Shown here: piece by piece, positions 1 through 9,515 of the stretch
How the letters are laid out: the number at the start of each line of letters is the position of its first letter
How positions within the stretch are numbered: the first letter of the stretch is position 1
Virus record (IMG/VR): IMGVR_UViG_3300037222_000100
Span: 1-64,000 of that record
Length of the DNA: 64,000 nucleotides
Reading direction: 5' to 3' (one strand)
Source: a virus
Notes under the pieces: model-generated
What the model was told of the DNA's origin: nothing
What the model saw: only the letters and a program-made list of their open reading frames with translations
The model's database searches: none
Made by a program: the position numbers and the translations under genes

Positions 1-1227
1 ATCGCTTGCGGCCGTCTTAGCGATGTACTCGCCGCTTACGCCGCTGATCTGAGGAAAGAGCCCGCGATTGGCCAGCATCTTGTAGATGATGTTGGACTCG
101 GCATAGTCGCCCTTGCCCTTCTTCATGTCGATCTGGCGTTTCTTGTGGATCGAGTGCCAGAAGCGAATCGCCGCGTCGGGCTCGTAGCGCAGAAGGCGTT
201 CCATCTTGTCTGCCATCTGGAGCGCCCATGCGTAGAAGCCTCCTTGTTCTGATTTCACATCATGCACGCGGTTCTTCTCGGGAGGCACGATCCACTGGTT
301 CGTGTCGATGTCATAGCCGGAACGCAGTCCCGGCTTGTATAGGTCATTGGGCTTGATACCTCCGCCGACCACGAAGTCTTGAAGAGGAAACGGCGTTCCC
401 GGCATCTGTCTGCCATCGAGCTTATCTACCATGAGCGCGATCATCTCTGCGCGGGACCACTCAGGAAAAATACGACTGTCGATAAACAAGCTCACGTCGC
501 AGTCCGAGTCCTCTGAATACTGGTACGTAGTCAAACTTCCCGTCAGCACAAGAGTGAGCCAATCCTCCACGTTTGTGTAACCCGCATGTTCGAGTGTATC
601 GTAAATCGACTTCTTGATCCAGTGCGCGTGGAGAGGCTTGAGGACTGGCTTGGTCGCGGCGGGGTTGTCCCATACCAAGGGTGACAGTTCTGCATGGATT
701 TCATCAAGGATGTTGGCTGTGCGAGAGATGTGCCCGCGACCCCGGAACATGTTTGCCGTGTCTTCCATCGAGTGCGTGCCCTCTCCATACCCAATGAGAT
801 GGTCAGCTAGCTCCTCATCATCGCTTGGGGCGATCTGGCCGTACCCATTTTCATGCAGGAAGTGATGGGTCAACCAATAGGCTGTACGCTTGTTGCCATC
901 CTCAAACGCTTGCGCCTGTCCTACGCCATGAGCGAGTGCCGCTGCTGCGTTGGCCATGCTGCCCGTATAGTTGTACTGGTTCTGTGCGCGGCCTAGAGCG
1001 CCCTGTAGGACCTCGGGACGAAGAAGAGCATGGTTGGCCTGCCCATGGGCCGCGAAAGATGCCCGATTGGCTTCTACTGCATCCTCGGCAGTCGGGAAGT
1101 AGGGATCATCTATTTGAGCTTGGCCATTGCCCTCGGGGCTTTCGGCCAGTGTGCTTTGATGTGTGCCCCAACCGGGACCTTCGGGCGTTTCATAGAGACT
1201 CCTTGGTTGTTCGTTTATCCTCGGCAT
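1..1227 (-). CDS. Multi-domain protein, partial (runs off left edge): Fic/Doc-like domain + Pol-beta-type nucleotidyltransferase domain
   Basis: Manually translated open frame from ATG 1227 to window edge (409 codons, missing from ORF track). Contains QAFEDGNKRTA (Doc-type motif) and LTGSLTTYQYSEDSDCDV (GS...DxD NTase motif). Confidence 0.8.
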   Translation of the reverse strand, partial: MPRINEQPRSLYETPEGPGWGTHQSTLAESPEGNGQAQIDDPYFPTAEDAVEANRASFAAHGQANHALLRPEVLQGALGRAQNQYNYTGSMANAAAALAHGVGQAQAFEDGNKRTAYWLTHHFLHENGYGQIAPSDDEELADHLIGYGEGTHSMEDTANMFRGRGHISRTANILDEIHAELSPLVWDNPAATKPVLKPLHAHWIKKSIYDTLEHAGYTNVEDWLTLVLTGSLTTYQYSEDSDCDVSLFIDSRIFPEWSRAEMIALMVDKLDGRQMPGTPFPLQDFVVGGGIKPNDLYKPGLRSGYDIDTNQWIVPPEKNRVHDVKSEQGGFYAWALQMADKMERLLRYEPDAAIRFWHSIHKKRQIDMKKGKGDYAESNIIYKMLANRGLFPQISGVSGEYIAKTAASD

Positions 1228-1235
1228 TACACTCT

Positions 1236-1433
1236 TTATGAACTAGCATGAACGTCTGATCTCGTGTCTTGATGCCAGCGCATAGAAAGCGCCTCGGCAA
1301 TTCGTCGGTCGGGATGAACAAGATGGATGCAGAAGATTTCTTCAAGCGCCCCATCGGCTCGCTTGACGAAATAACGTTTAGGCCGTCGGCTGACATTGAT
1401 GTACTTGATCCTACTCGGAAGACCCAGGGGCAT
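1236..1433 (-). CDS. Hypothetical protein, 65 aa
   Basis: ATG 1433 follows a TGCTACACT box; fills the gap between neighbours. Confidence 0.5.
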   Translation of the reverse strand: MPLGLPSRIKYINVSRRPKRYFVKRADGALEEIFCIHLVHPDRRIAEALSMRWHQDTRSDVHASS

Positions 1434-1860
1434 GGTATTCTGCTCTGAGTGTAGCATAGCGGTCGTAAATACGCAAGCGCTCCTCGGCGTGCGGATTCCC
1501 ACCCCGCCCAAAACGATTGCCTTGGTGATGCGTAAGCTCTAGCTGAAGTTCTGCCAACGGTTTCTTGACAACAAGGAACGGCAACACCAACGTTAGAGTA
1601 TTCGCCACATCCTCATTGGCGGTCACCTGCCACTCATAGACACGCTTGCCCGTACTTGTTCGCGCCTTTCGTTCCCGATACGTGCCACCGAATAGACCAT
1701 GTAGCTTTTCAATGGGCGCAGCATACACGGCTTGATTTGCCATAACATGAGAACGAACCGTCAAGTACTTCCCACGGGTCAATCGCTTGTCCATGTAAAA
1801 ACTTCCCTCGCCGTCAAGAAAGCCCGCCGCCCAAATGTAGTCCGTAAACGCTGAAATCAC
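1411..1860 (-). CDS. LAGLIDADG homing endonuclease (start uncertain, ORF extends to 1929)
   Basis: YIWAAGFLDGEGSF motif; LFGG and PFLVVKK segments typical of single-motif LAGLIDADG enzymes. Confidence 0.85.
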   Translation of the reverse strand: MISAFTDYIWAAGFLDGEGSFYMDKRLTRGKYLTVRSHVMANQAVYAAPIEKLHGLFGGTYRERKARTSTGKRVYEWQVTANEDVANTLTLVLPFLVVKKPLAELQLELTHHQGNRFGRGGNPHAEERLRIYDRYATLRAEYHAPGSSE

Positions 1861-1867
1861 AGTTGTT

Positions 1868-4800
1868 CTACGTATTAGGCTGCGCTTGAGCGTATTCTGT
1901 AGCCCTCTGTAGCAACGCAGGGCGCTCATTCAAGGCGGGATTCTCTACTACGTCATTTGTCAACTGTCGCAAAACGGTGCCTATCTGAGGTCCTTTGAGC
2001 CCCAGAACAAGCAAATCGCTTCCGTTCACAGAGATCATCGATTGGGTGGTCGGAGCACCGGCTTGGCGAGCTTGCTCAACCAGTTCGCGCTGCTGATCAA
2101 CCGTTGCTTGATTGCGCTTGTTCTCTGCACCCTTTCCGGCAATGTCCGCTTCACGCAAGGTCATCAAATCATCTGCCGAATCTCCCACTCGATTCAAAAA
2201 ACGTCTTGCGCCCTTAGGAGAACTGAAATCGGGATACATGTGATGGCTGATGAGATTGTGGACGTTACGAATCTTCGAGACGGGGTAGTTGTACGTTTCA
2301 CGGAGACGTTGCTCGGCGATGTCTGCGCCCACTTTCGCGTGATCGGCACCGACCGGCTGGCCGTCGATCATGCCGGGGTAGTAATGCGTAACCTCTGTCG
2401 CAGGATCGACCCATGATGAAGCTGGCTTGCCAACATCGTGGAGGAGAGCCGCGAGACGGACCTCGGGATCATCTGTCAGATGCGATACGTTGTCGAGCAC
2501 GTTCAGGCTGTGCTCACCAAGGGAGTAGTTGTGATGCGGGTTGCGCTGATCGTAGTCGAAGTTGTTCGCTAGCTCCGGGAACATGTGATGCAGCACGCCA
2601 GTTTCCTGCGCGAGGCGTAGTGCTCCGGCAGGATTGGGGCTTGCGAGGAGCTTGTCTAGTTGCTGCTTGAGCGCATCTGGCGACTCGTTGTCGAGTCGGT
2701 AGGCGTGTTCCTCCATCTCCTTGCGGGTGCGCTCATCCGGCACCAACCCGTGCCGTGAAGCAGCAACGAGAGCGCGTACCAAACGCGTCGGGTCCTCGTC
2801 AAAGGAATCGGGGTGAGTAGTACGGAGGGTATGGGACTCAATATCCTTCGCTCCCCCGTAAGGATCGACAAGTCGTCCCGTCTCAAGGTCAACCGCCATC
2901 GAGTTCGCTGTGAAGTCTCTACGCGCAAGGTCTTTCTCCACTGGTAGGTTATGGTCTACGGTGATTTTGCCCTGGCCTCGTCGTCCACCCTCTTCGTAGG
3001 TGTCCGTGCGCGGCAGAGCGATCTCCACTTCCTGTCCTTTGGTGCGGTACTTGTATGTGCCGAAGCGCTTGCCCTCCCAGTTGACGCTGCCCGGAAGCTT
3101 GTCGAGCACATTCTCAACCTGCTCAGCCGGGAGGCCCGACACCATGAAGTCAATGTCACGCGGCTCCTTCTGAAGTAGAGCATCGCGTATGGCACCGCCC
3201 ACGACGTAGACATGACCCCCGGCCTTACGTAGCGCCTGGAAGGCGTTCCAGGCTGCTCCATCGGCCGCAGTGAGTGTCTTGACGTAGGAGCCAACGTCCG
3301 CCGTGGCGAGCTTCTGTGCCTTACCCTGCTGATTTTCAAGTTCGAGGCTCGTGATCTCCATGTGAGGATGGCTCCAGTACCAAAGCTGCATCATGTGATA
3401 GGTCGAGTACGGCATCGTGGTCGTCGTGTTGATGACGATCTTGCCACCGGGCTCGTAGTAGCCCTCCACGATACCACCCGGCGTGAACTGTCCCATGATG
3501 TCCGAGGTCTTCATACCAGGATGACCTACCGTGATGTAGTCTTTGTCGATGTCGTAGACGAACGGAAGAGGCGCTTCGAGCAGGTCCTTTGGTTCCTTGC
3601 CGCCCGCTGCGGTCACGTAGCGATGCCCGCTCGTATTGACCATGCCCATGCGGCGCACGAGCCGTTCTCCCTCTGGCGAGTCTGCATGCGTGTACGCATT
3701 CGGGTAGTGAAGCAGCATCCGTTGCAAAAGGGCCGTGCCTACGCCTCGGTTATGCACTGCCGAATGCACCATGACAACCTCCGCCTCGTCCTCGCCGGGG
3801 CGCACAACGCCATAGCCGACGATCTGACCATCGAGATAGCCGCCGTAGAAGACATAGCCCTCGTCGCGATTGTAACCCCAGAGCTTGGAGTAGAGGTCGA
3901 AGTCTTCGACAGTCGAAGCTTCGCGGAAGGAAGCTAGCGGTTGCGCCGTAGGTTCGCTGTTGCGAAGACGAAGAGGAAGAACGTCGTCTTTGTCGTTGAG
4001 CGTTGGGAAGTGACCGTCATCCAGGTAAGCGGGAGCCGCATCTAGGGGATCATGTTGCTTGTTGTGCAACACGTACTGGCGAAAGTTCGGCAGCACGACA
4101 CCGCATGTCGAACACGTTAGCTCACCCTGCGGCTCGCCATCGAATGCCTTCTGGGGCTCGGCTTCCGGGTTGCCCTTGTCGTATTCCTCCGTCCACTCCT
4201 TGTTCTTCATGCGGTCGTTCATGTCCGTGCCGCCGGGATACTCGGCTAGACGAAGACCGAAGTCGTCAGCCCATTCCTCTAGCCCCGCTCGTGCGGCCGG
4301 GTTGAGCTTGCCCTGAATCTTCGCCATCTTGCCTTCGACCACGATACGTCCCTTGCTGCCACGGAACGGTGCCTCGCTTAGCTTGAGTCCGCCCTTGGTG
4401 GTGTACCAGTAGGACTTCTTGGCTCCAAAGTCATCGTGGATGGGTTGACCGCTACCGTCCACGAGCCCGCCCCAAGTCCAACCCACGCGCTTGCCGTAGT
4501 CCTGAAGCTCTTTGACGAGCCCGCGCAGTGCGATGTTGCCTTCTACGCTCCAGAGAGCATCACGCCCTCGCACAGTGACGTAGCCCACCGCCATAGGACC
4601 CTCATGGTTCGCCGGAGTCCCAGAGTGATCGCGTAGTTCATCGTGGCTATGCATCGGCGAGACATGAAGCTGACCATTGCCGTAGAAGAACTTGTACTCC
4701 TTCTCGTTTGGTTTCTCCATCGAAAGCTCCAGATCGCTGCGCGTATCGTGGAAGTAGCGATTTTCGAAGTCTTGATTGGCCTGCGGCTCTTCGCCGGGGT

Positions 4801-5317
4801 ATGCGTCTCCCCACTCGCCGCTATCCGCCTGCTTAGGGATGCCTCGCTCCAGTGCCGCATTGGCTCGACGTGCGAACGTTTCTGCACGCGGATGATCCGG
4901 ATATGTCTTGATGCGGAAGTCACGATAGAGAGGGCTGTCTGCGCGTGTGTAGATAATCGGCCCTGAGCGATGGCGCTTCTGTTCGGGCTCGAAGTCATAT
5001 GGCTCGTCGTCCTCATCCAACAGACTCGTCTTTGCGGTCGTCGGCTCGTAAGAGTTCTCGTCACCAGTGAGATCGATAACGTACTGCTTGTCCGGAGACA
5101 CCCAAAAGTAGTGACCGTGCTTAGTACCCACAAAGCCACCGAGCTTGTCGGCTAGCCACTGCGACGTGACGAAGCACTGACCGGCACTAGCCTGAGGGTG
5201 TCCCTGGAAGTCAGGATGACGCGTCTCGTCTCCCCAGGCGTGTTCGGCCGCACTACGCAGTTCGTGCAGTTTGTCCTGGGTGATGGTATCGGGATCAAAG
5301 CCCATACTCATTACCAC
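1868..5317 (-). CDS. 1149-aa polyprotein: papain/transglutaminase(YunG)-like N-domain, C2H2 finger, GNAT acetyltransferase, class II CCA-adding enzyme + HD domain
   Basis: GQCFVTS..HYF..IDLT; CSTC..H..H; HNRGVGTALL; VGGAIRDALL..DIDF, RRDFTAN, DEDPTRLVRA; LLHDVGK. Confidence 0.85.
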   Translation of the reverse strand: MVMSMGFDPDTITQDKLHELRSAAEHAWGDETRHPDFQGHPQASAGQCFVTSQWLADKLGGFVGTKHGHYFWVSPDKQYVIDLTGDENSYEPTTAKTSLLDEDDEPYDFEPEQKRHRSGPIIYTRADSPLYRDFRIKTYPDHPRAETFARRANAALERGIPKQADSGEWGDAYPGEEPQANQDFENRYFHDTRSDLELSMEKPNEKEYKFFYGNGQLHVSPMHSHDELRDHSGTPANHEGPMAVGYVTVRGRDALWSVEGNIALRGLVKELQDYGKRVGWTWGGLVDGSGQPIHDDFGAKKSYWYTTKGGLKLSEAPFRGSKGRIVVEGKMAKIQGKLNPAARAGLEEWADDFGLRLAEYPGGTDMNDRMKNKEWTEEYDKGNPEAEPQKAFDGEPQGELTCSTCGVVLPNFRQYVLHNKQHDPLDAAPAYLDDGHFPTLNDKDDVLPLRLRNSEPTAQPLASFREASTVEDFDLYSKLWGYNRDEGYVFYGGYLDGQIVGYGVVRPGEDEAEVVMVHSAVHNRGVGTALLQRMLLHYPNAYTHADSPEGERLVRRMGMVNTSGHRYVTAAGGKEPKDLLEAPLPFVYDIDKDYITVGHPGMKTSDIMGQFTPGGIVEGYYEPGGKIVINTTTTMPYSTYHMMQLWYWSHPHMEITSLELENQQGKAQKLATADVGSYVKTLTAADGAAWNAFQALRKAGGHVYVVGGAIRDALLQKEPRDIDFMVSGLPAEQVENVLDKLPGSVNWEGKRFGTYKYRTKGQEVEIALPRTDTYEEGGRRGQGKITVDHNLPVEKDLARRDFTANSMAVDLETGRLVDPYGGAKDIESHTLRTTHPDSFDEDPTRLVRALVAASRHGLVPDERTRKEMEEHAYRLDNESPDALKQQLDKLLASPNPAGALRLAQETGVLHHMFPELANNFDYDQRNPHHNYSLGEHSLNVLDNVSHLTDDPEVRLAALLHDVGKPASSWVDPATEVTHYYPGMIDGQPVGADHAKVGADIAEQRLRETYNYPVSKIRNVHNLISHHMYPDFSSPKGARRFLNRVGDSADDLMTLREADIAGKGAENKRNQATVDQQRELVEQARQAGAPTTQSMISVNGSDLLVLGLKGPQIGTVLRQLTNDVVENPALNERPALLQRATEYAQAQPNT

Positions 5318-6094
5318 CTAGAAGGGGAGATCATCCTCGGGTGGCTGCGGGGCTGGCGCATCCGGTGCGGGATGATGGGGGTCCATGAACGGGTTCTTGA
5401 ATGGGACCTGCTCCAGAAGGCGTTCACCCGCGTTGGTGCGGAAAGAAGAAATGCCCTGGTAAGTCTGTCCTTGCGAGTTCTTCCACGGTTCAAGCGGCAT
5501 CTCTTTGACATAGATGGTGGCCATGCTCGTGCGGAAGTTGAGCATGACGAGAATGCCAAGGATGCCCTGGAGTCCCATCTCGCCCGCTTCGCGGTTCTTG
5601 GCTTCACGCTCAACAGGTCGTCCCGGATCGAAACGATGGTGTGTGGCGTCAAAGCCTCGCGTCTTGACCTCAATCCCCCATTGGGCGGTCGCCCCATCAA
5701 GAGGGGACCCAGAGTTCGCTGAGCCAGGGTGCCACCAGAGGATCGGTCCATACCCAGGTAGGCTGCCAAGGCCCTGAATGAGCTTCTCGCCGATTTCTCC
5801 CTGCTCATCCATCGTGAGTCCGATACGTGTTTTGCCGCCTGCAAGCCACTCGCCAGGGGACTCGAAATCAGCGCCGTGCCATGGCATCTCGTCGGCGAGT
5901 AGATCGGCCGACCATTTGCATTTGGGGCAGGTGTAGTAGCCACGATCCTGGTGGCTTGCGATGGTCTGTTGCGTATCTGGCGCGATATGGAAATTACACT
6001 GAGAGTTAGCACACGGAGCATAGTCCGAGTTCTTCAGTGATTCCGCATGTTCAGGGCTAACGGCCGGAATGCCTTCTTCAGGACTCAGCAGCAT
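5318..6094 (-). CDS. Zn-ribbon + PD-(D/E)xK-like nuclease domain protein
   Basis: CANSQC and CPKC; SPLDG..GIEVKT motif; GAGAGG before ATG 6094. Confidence 0.55.
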   Translation of the reverse strand: MLLSPEEGIPAVSPEHAESLKNSDYAPCANSQCNFHIAPDTQQTIASHQDRGYYTCPKCKWSADLLADEMPWHGADFESPGEWLAGGKTRIGLTMDEQGEIGEKLIQGLGSLPGYGPILWWHPGSANSGSPLDGATAQWGIEVKTRGFDATHHRFDPGRPVEREAKNREAGEMGLQGILGILVMLNFRTSMATIYVKEMPLEPWKNSQGQTYQGISSFRTNAGERLLEQVPFKNPFMDPHHPAPDAPAPQPPEDDLPF

Positions 6095-6293
6095 CGACCT
6101 CTCGCCTTCTAGCCGTCGCAGCAGCGATGTCATGCACCGGCCCATCACAGTACGGGCAGGTGGCTACCGCCGCGTGATATCGCATCGTGAAGCTAGGAAG
6201 CGAGACAAGGGCAATGGGAGGCTTACCAGCCTTCTCCCACCGCTCTTCACAGTTCGAGCAGATATCGCCTGCCTGTTGGAACTCGTCGGCCAT
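6078..6293 (-). CDS. Small Zn-binding protein
   Basis: CSNC...CPYC; packed with neighbours. Confidence 0.55.
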   Translation of the reverse strand: MADEFQQAGDICSNCEERWEKAGKPPIALVSLPSFTMRYHAAVATCPYCDGPVHDIAAATARRREVDAAES

Positions 6294-6295
6294 GC

Positions 6296-6931
6296 TTAGC
6301 CATTGGTATCCTGCTTGAGTGCGCTTTCCAAAGCGCGATCCTGAAGCGATGCCAGTAGATGACCAAGCTGCGACTGTGCGATCATGCGAAGCTTTTCGTC
6401 ACGGGCATTGACCATGATGTACGGTACAACGATAGTTGGACCATCCTCGCCCTCACCCTGCCGCTCGTCCAGGGCGATCACGATGTATGCTGGAGAGTTC
6501 AAGACTGCGTTAGCGGCCTCGCGCGCAGCTTCCGTCCAATGCTCCTCGACGGCCCCCTCTGCTACCACGGGCTCCGACTTAGCCGGACCCTCTCCACCAT
6601 CGATGATTGAGACGACGCCCTTGACGAACGTCTCAGCTAGCGTCTGAAGCGCCTCATCGCGTTGGTTTTTATCTGGTGTCTCGCTCATATTTGCATCCTC
6701 TGCGATTTCGAAGTGACCCTCCCAGGTCCAGCCATCCGGCTGGCCGTTGTAGGCCCAGTGATCCTTGTCCCACTCTACTAGGACTTGAGGGTACCCGTAC
6801 TTGTCTAGTTTTCTCTTCCTGACCCATCCCTCGTTGCCGACGCGACTGAATCCGTTGTAGAAACCAGGATCAACCCCCTCGCGTAGTCGGACGCGAGCGT
6901 TAGCCTTGAATCGTTGCTGTGGCTCCTGCAC
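6296..6931 (-). CDS. Hypothetical protein
   Basis: GTG 6931 after AGGAG; open frame. Confidence 0.6.
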   Translation of the reverse strand: MQEPQQRFKANARVRLREGVDPGFYNGFSRVGNEGWVRKRKLDKYGYPQVLVEWDKDHWAYNGQPDGWTWEGHFEIAEDANMSETPDKNQRDEALQTLAETFVKGVVSIIDGGEGPAKSEPVVAEGAVEEHWTEAAREAANAVLNSPAYIVIALDERQGEGEDGPTIVVPYIMVNARDEKLRMIAQSQLGHLLASLQDRALESALKQDTNG

Positions 6932-6953
6932 GTTGATCTCCTGCTTCCACACA

Positions 6954-7226
6954 TTATGCCCCCGGAGTGGCGTAACTGAAAGGCCCACCCTGACGCAGGC
7001 GCACTTTGATACCCAGAATGCGCCAACGGAACCACTGGTTGCTCGGTGGCCACCAGTAGAACGAGAACGGGTACCAGGTGCAGAATCCACGGTTCTTCGA
7101 GTACTGGGTGTAGTTGAGTTTGAGCCGGTTCCAGCCGATTTCAAGCTCCCAAGTATCCTCGTACCGATGCCCCGGTATATAGGGGTTGCCGTCATCGTGC
7201 TGGCGCTTGATCGTCAAGAGATTCAT
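6954..7226 (-). CDS. Hypothetical Trp-rich protein
   Basis: Start overlaps upstream stop. Confidence 0.5.
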   Translation of the reverse strand: MNLLTIKRQHDDGNPYIPGHRYEDTWELEIGWNRLKLNYTQYSKNRGFCTWYPFSFYWWPPSNQWFRWRILGIKVRLRQGGPFSYATPGA

Positions 7227-7585
7227 CAGGATGTCTCCGCTGGCGGGCCAGGGTCCTTTGGGTCCAGCGCGAGCCTGTTGTGATCCTGTGGCTGAAGAGC
7301 AGTGGCAACTGCCAAAGCGCCTTGTCCGGCGAGACGCCCGTTCGTCACGATGGCGCTGTTGACCGCATTGACGATACGCACAACAATGTGAATCACGAAG
7401 AAGAACGCGACAGCCCAGTATACGTTGGTGGCGAGGGCCAACGCTACACTAGCGAAGAAGGTGCTCGTGATCGTCAGGTCTGTTAGTCCGCCAAGGAGAA
7501 GCCCAACAACGTAATTGATGAGGTAAGCAGGAGCGCCCCGAAGGATGTCCCAGAATGTTAGCTCTTGTCCCTTTTGTGATGTCAT
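7226..7585 (-). CDS. Membrane protein
   Basis: 2-3 hydrophobic segments; ATGA overlap. Confidence 0.65.
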   Translation of the reverse strand: MTSQKGQELTFWDILRGAPAYLINYVVGLLLGGLTDLTITSTFFASVALALATNVYWAVAFFFVIHIVVRIVNAVNSAIVTNGRLAGQGALAVATALQPQDHNRLALDPKDPGPPAETS

Positions 7586-8061
7586 TGCGTGCCAGCGATA
7601 ATCGTGACGGAAGCGTACTTCTCGTCTAGGATATCACATCGCGCTTGCTGGTACTTCTTGAGCATTCCCTGCTGAGCATCCTCGGGCACAAGAGCGTATC
7701 CCTCGCGCTGTGCATTACGATGCAACGCCTGCGAGGGATTGTCGAAGAAGACCAGGTGGGCCTCTACTCCGCGCAGATGGGCAGTGCGCAAAAGCTCGTA
7801 ACGGGCCGCAGATGCCAAAGAGGTCGCATCCGCCACGGCATCATTGTCATGGCGCAAGAGGAAATCGATCCGAGTGTGGAACTCTCGAAAGACCTCATCG
7901 TTGCGCTCTGCTTTGTATGGCTCGCCGGGCCACTTGACCTCGCGAATGGCATCGGTGCTGACGATCAGCCGAGGTTCGAAAAAGGTCCGCGCCCATGTGC
8001 TCTTTCCGCAGCCGGGTACCCCGGCCAAAATGAACAGGCGTGGCCTGACGCGTCCCATCAT
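7582..8061 (-). CDS. Polynucleotide kinase-like P-loop kinase (AAA_33 type)
   Basis: GVPGCGKSTWA Walker A, VSTDAIRE, VADAT, RNAQR lid as in the T4 Pnk kinase domain. Confidence 0.8.
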   Translation of the reverse strand: MMGRVRPRLFILAGVPGCGKSTWARTFFEPRLIVSTDAIREVKWPGEPYKAERNDEVFREFHTRIDFLLRHDNDAVADATSLASAARYELLRTAHLRGVEAHLVFFDNPSQALHRNAQREGYALVPEDAQQGMLKKYQQARCDILDEKYASVTIIAGTQ

Positions 8062-8327
8062 CGCAAGTACCTATAGATCGAGTCACGGAGATCGGCGACC
8101 TCCTCGTCTTCGTTGCCCTGGTGTACCAGGTCATTGAGGACGTGATACCACTCCTCTAGTTCACGCTTGCTCGGGCCTGCGTCAATTGAAGCTGCTATCC
8201 GCGTCTCCGGAGGACCGGGTTTCGTGTGCTCAGTGATCGTACGAGGAACGGCGCGCTCGACGCGCACTGGACGCTCCTGGGAGAAACTACTCATCCTCGG
8301 AAATACTGTCTCGATCTTGTCGCTCAT
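8058..8327 (-). CDS. Hypothetical protein
   Basis: Operon packing. Confidence 0.55.
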   Translation of the reverse strand: MSDKIETVFPRMSSFSQERPVRVERAVPRTITEHTKPGPPETRIAASIDAGPSKRELEEWYHVLNDLVHQGNEDEEVADLRDSIYRYLR

Positions 8328-8625
8328 CTTCGTCCTCCTCGTCTAGGAACCCCAGGTACCCTTCGAGTCTATTTGCAACGCGCATCAGTTGCTCAGACAG
8401 CTTCGACGTTCGTGATACCTCGCGCCTGTCACGGTAGGCTTCAGCGATATCTTCTGCCGACTGTTTGCCAAGGGCGTTATGAATGCTCAGTAGCGTGTCA
8501 TGCAGATGATGCCGCATCACCGGAATGTATTCGGTTGGGTCCCAATCGGGAACCCCTGTCTCCTCTGTCTCCTCGATCTCAGGCTCGTCGGGCAGCCGTT
8601 GATCAGGAGCCGAAATGTTGCTCAT
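8287..8625 (-). CDS. Hypothetical acidic protein
   Basis: Operon packing. Confidence 0.55.
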   Translation of the reverse strand: MSNISAPDQRLPDEPEIEETEETGVPDWDPTEYIPVMRHHLHDTLLSIHNALGKQSAEDIAEAYRDRREVSRTSKLSEQLMRVANRLEGYLGFLDEEDEDERQDRDSISEDE

Positions 8626-8927
8626 CAGGACTGCTCCAACGGTTGCACGATAGCTCCGAAGAGCTTGAAGCGGGCGTCTTCGTGCGCCCGAATGTCATTG
8701 TCCACGTTGTCCGCCTTGGTCACATCCAAGCCATAGCCCTCGGCAAAGATCATGCCCTCGGGGTCCTCACGATAGTCCCAGACGCCGCTCAGCGTCTCCT
8801 CGCCTGTCTCGTCATCGACCGTAACCTCTAGGGCCAGACCGAGGGGATGGAAGAAGCGCCGATTGGCCTCCTGGAGGTATCCGCGCTCGCGGAACTCCTT
8901 GATGCTGATGTGCTTGATGTCGGCCAT
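8625..8927 (-). CDS. Hypothetical phage protein
   Basis: ATG 7 nt after TGCTACACT (leaderless); GYLQEANRRFFHPLGLAL. Confidence 0.65.
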   Translation of the reverse strand: MADIKHISIKEFRERGYLQEANRRFFHPLGLALEVTVDDETGEETLSGVWDYREDPEGMIFAEGYGLDVTKADNVDNDIRAHEDARFKLFGAIVQPLEQS

Positions 8928-8932
8928 GGGCC

Positions 8933-9280
8933 TCAGTGTAGCAGACTCTCGGGCAAGAAATCGCCCCTTGAACGCCCAAAGCTATCCCCGTCCTCCTCGT
9001 GCAACTCGTAGTGGCAGTTGGCGCAGAGGACGATGCACTTCGCAATCTCCCGCTTCAATGTCTCCCACGAATAGCTCATGCTACGACTCACGTTGAATCG
9101 CTTGTTGGAAGGATCGGTGTGGTGGAACGTCAATGCTAGAGCACACTTGTTGTACCCACAGCGCGAACAACCCACCGCCAACTTGTATTCCTGAACCCTG
9201 TCTTTGTTGGCTTTGTGGCGCTTCAGGATTGCGCTCTTGCGCTTGAGGTAGTAACTACTCGGCAAGAGTCCCCCAAACAT
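8933..9280 (-). CDS. HNH endonuclease
   Basis: CSRCG..LTFHHTDP..KCIVLCANCHYELH; start uncertain. Confidence 0.8.
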   Translation of the reverse strand: MFGGLLPSSYYLKRKSAILKRHKANKDRVQEYKLAVGCSRCGYNKCALALTFHHTDPSNKRFNVSRSMSYSWETLKREIAKCIVLCANCHYELHEEDGDSFGRSRGDFLPESLLH

Positions 9281-9515
9281 CTCCGTTTTCGCTGCGCTTC
9301 TTCGCCTCATAGGGTTTGACCACGCGCTCGATGAGGTCCAACTTGCAACCCTCAAGCGCGCCAAGGCACTCAGCAAGCTGCTGATAGCGAAGACCGTGTT
9401 CCTCTAGGTACTCGCGCAGCGCTTGCTGAAGCTTGTAGGTTAGCTCCCCCACATTAGCGGGGGGAGTACCCATGTCCACGTCCTTCTGATGCTCGGGCGT
9501 GATGTACGGCATCAA
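9255..9515 (-). CDS. Hypothetical phage protein
   Basis: MPYI..GELTY..GALE..PYE.KK..NGDV pattern; operon packing. Confidence 0.6.
   Translation of the reverse strand: MMPYITPEHQKDVDMGTPPANVGELTYKLQQALREYLEEHGLRYQQLAECLGALEGCKLDLIERVVKPYEAKKRSENGDVWGTLAE

Noticed and set aside
1411-1929. Group I intron around the LAGLIDADG gene
   Set aside because: Flanking genes look complete and there is no non-coding space for an intron core
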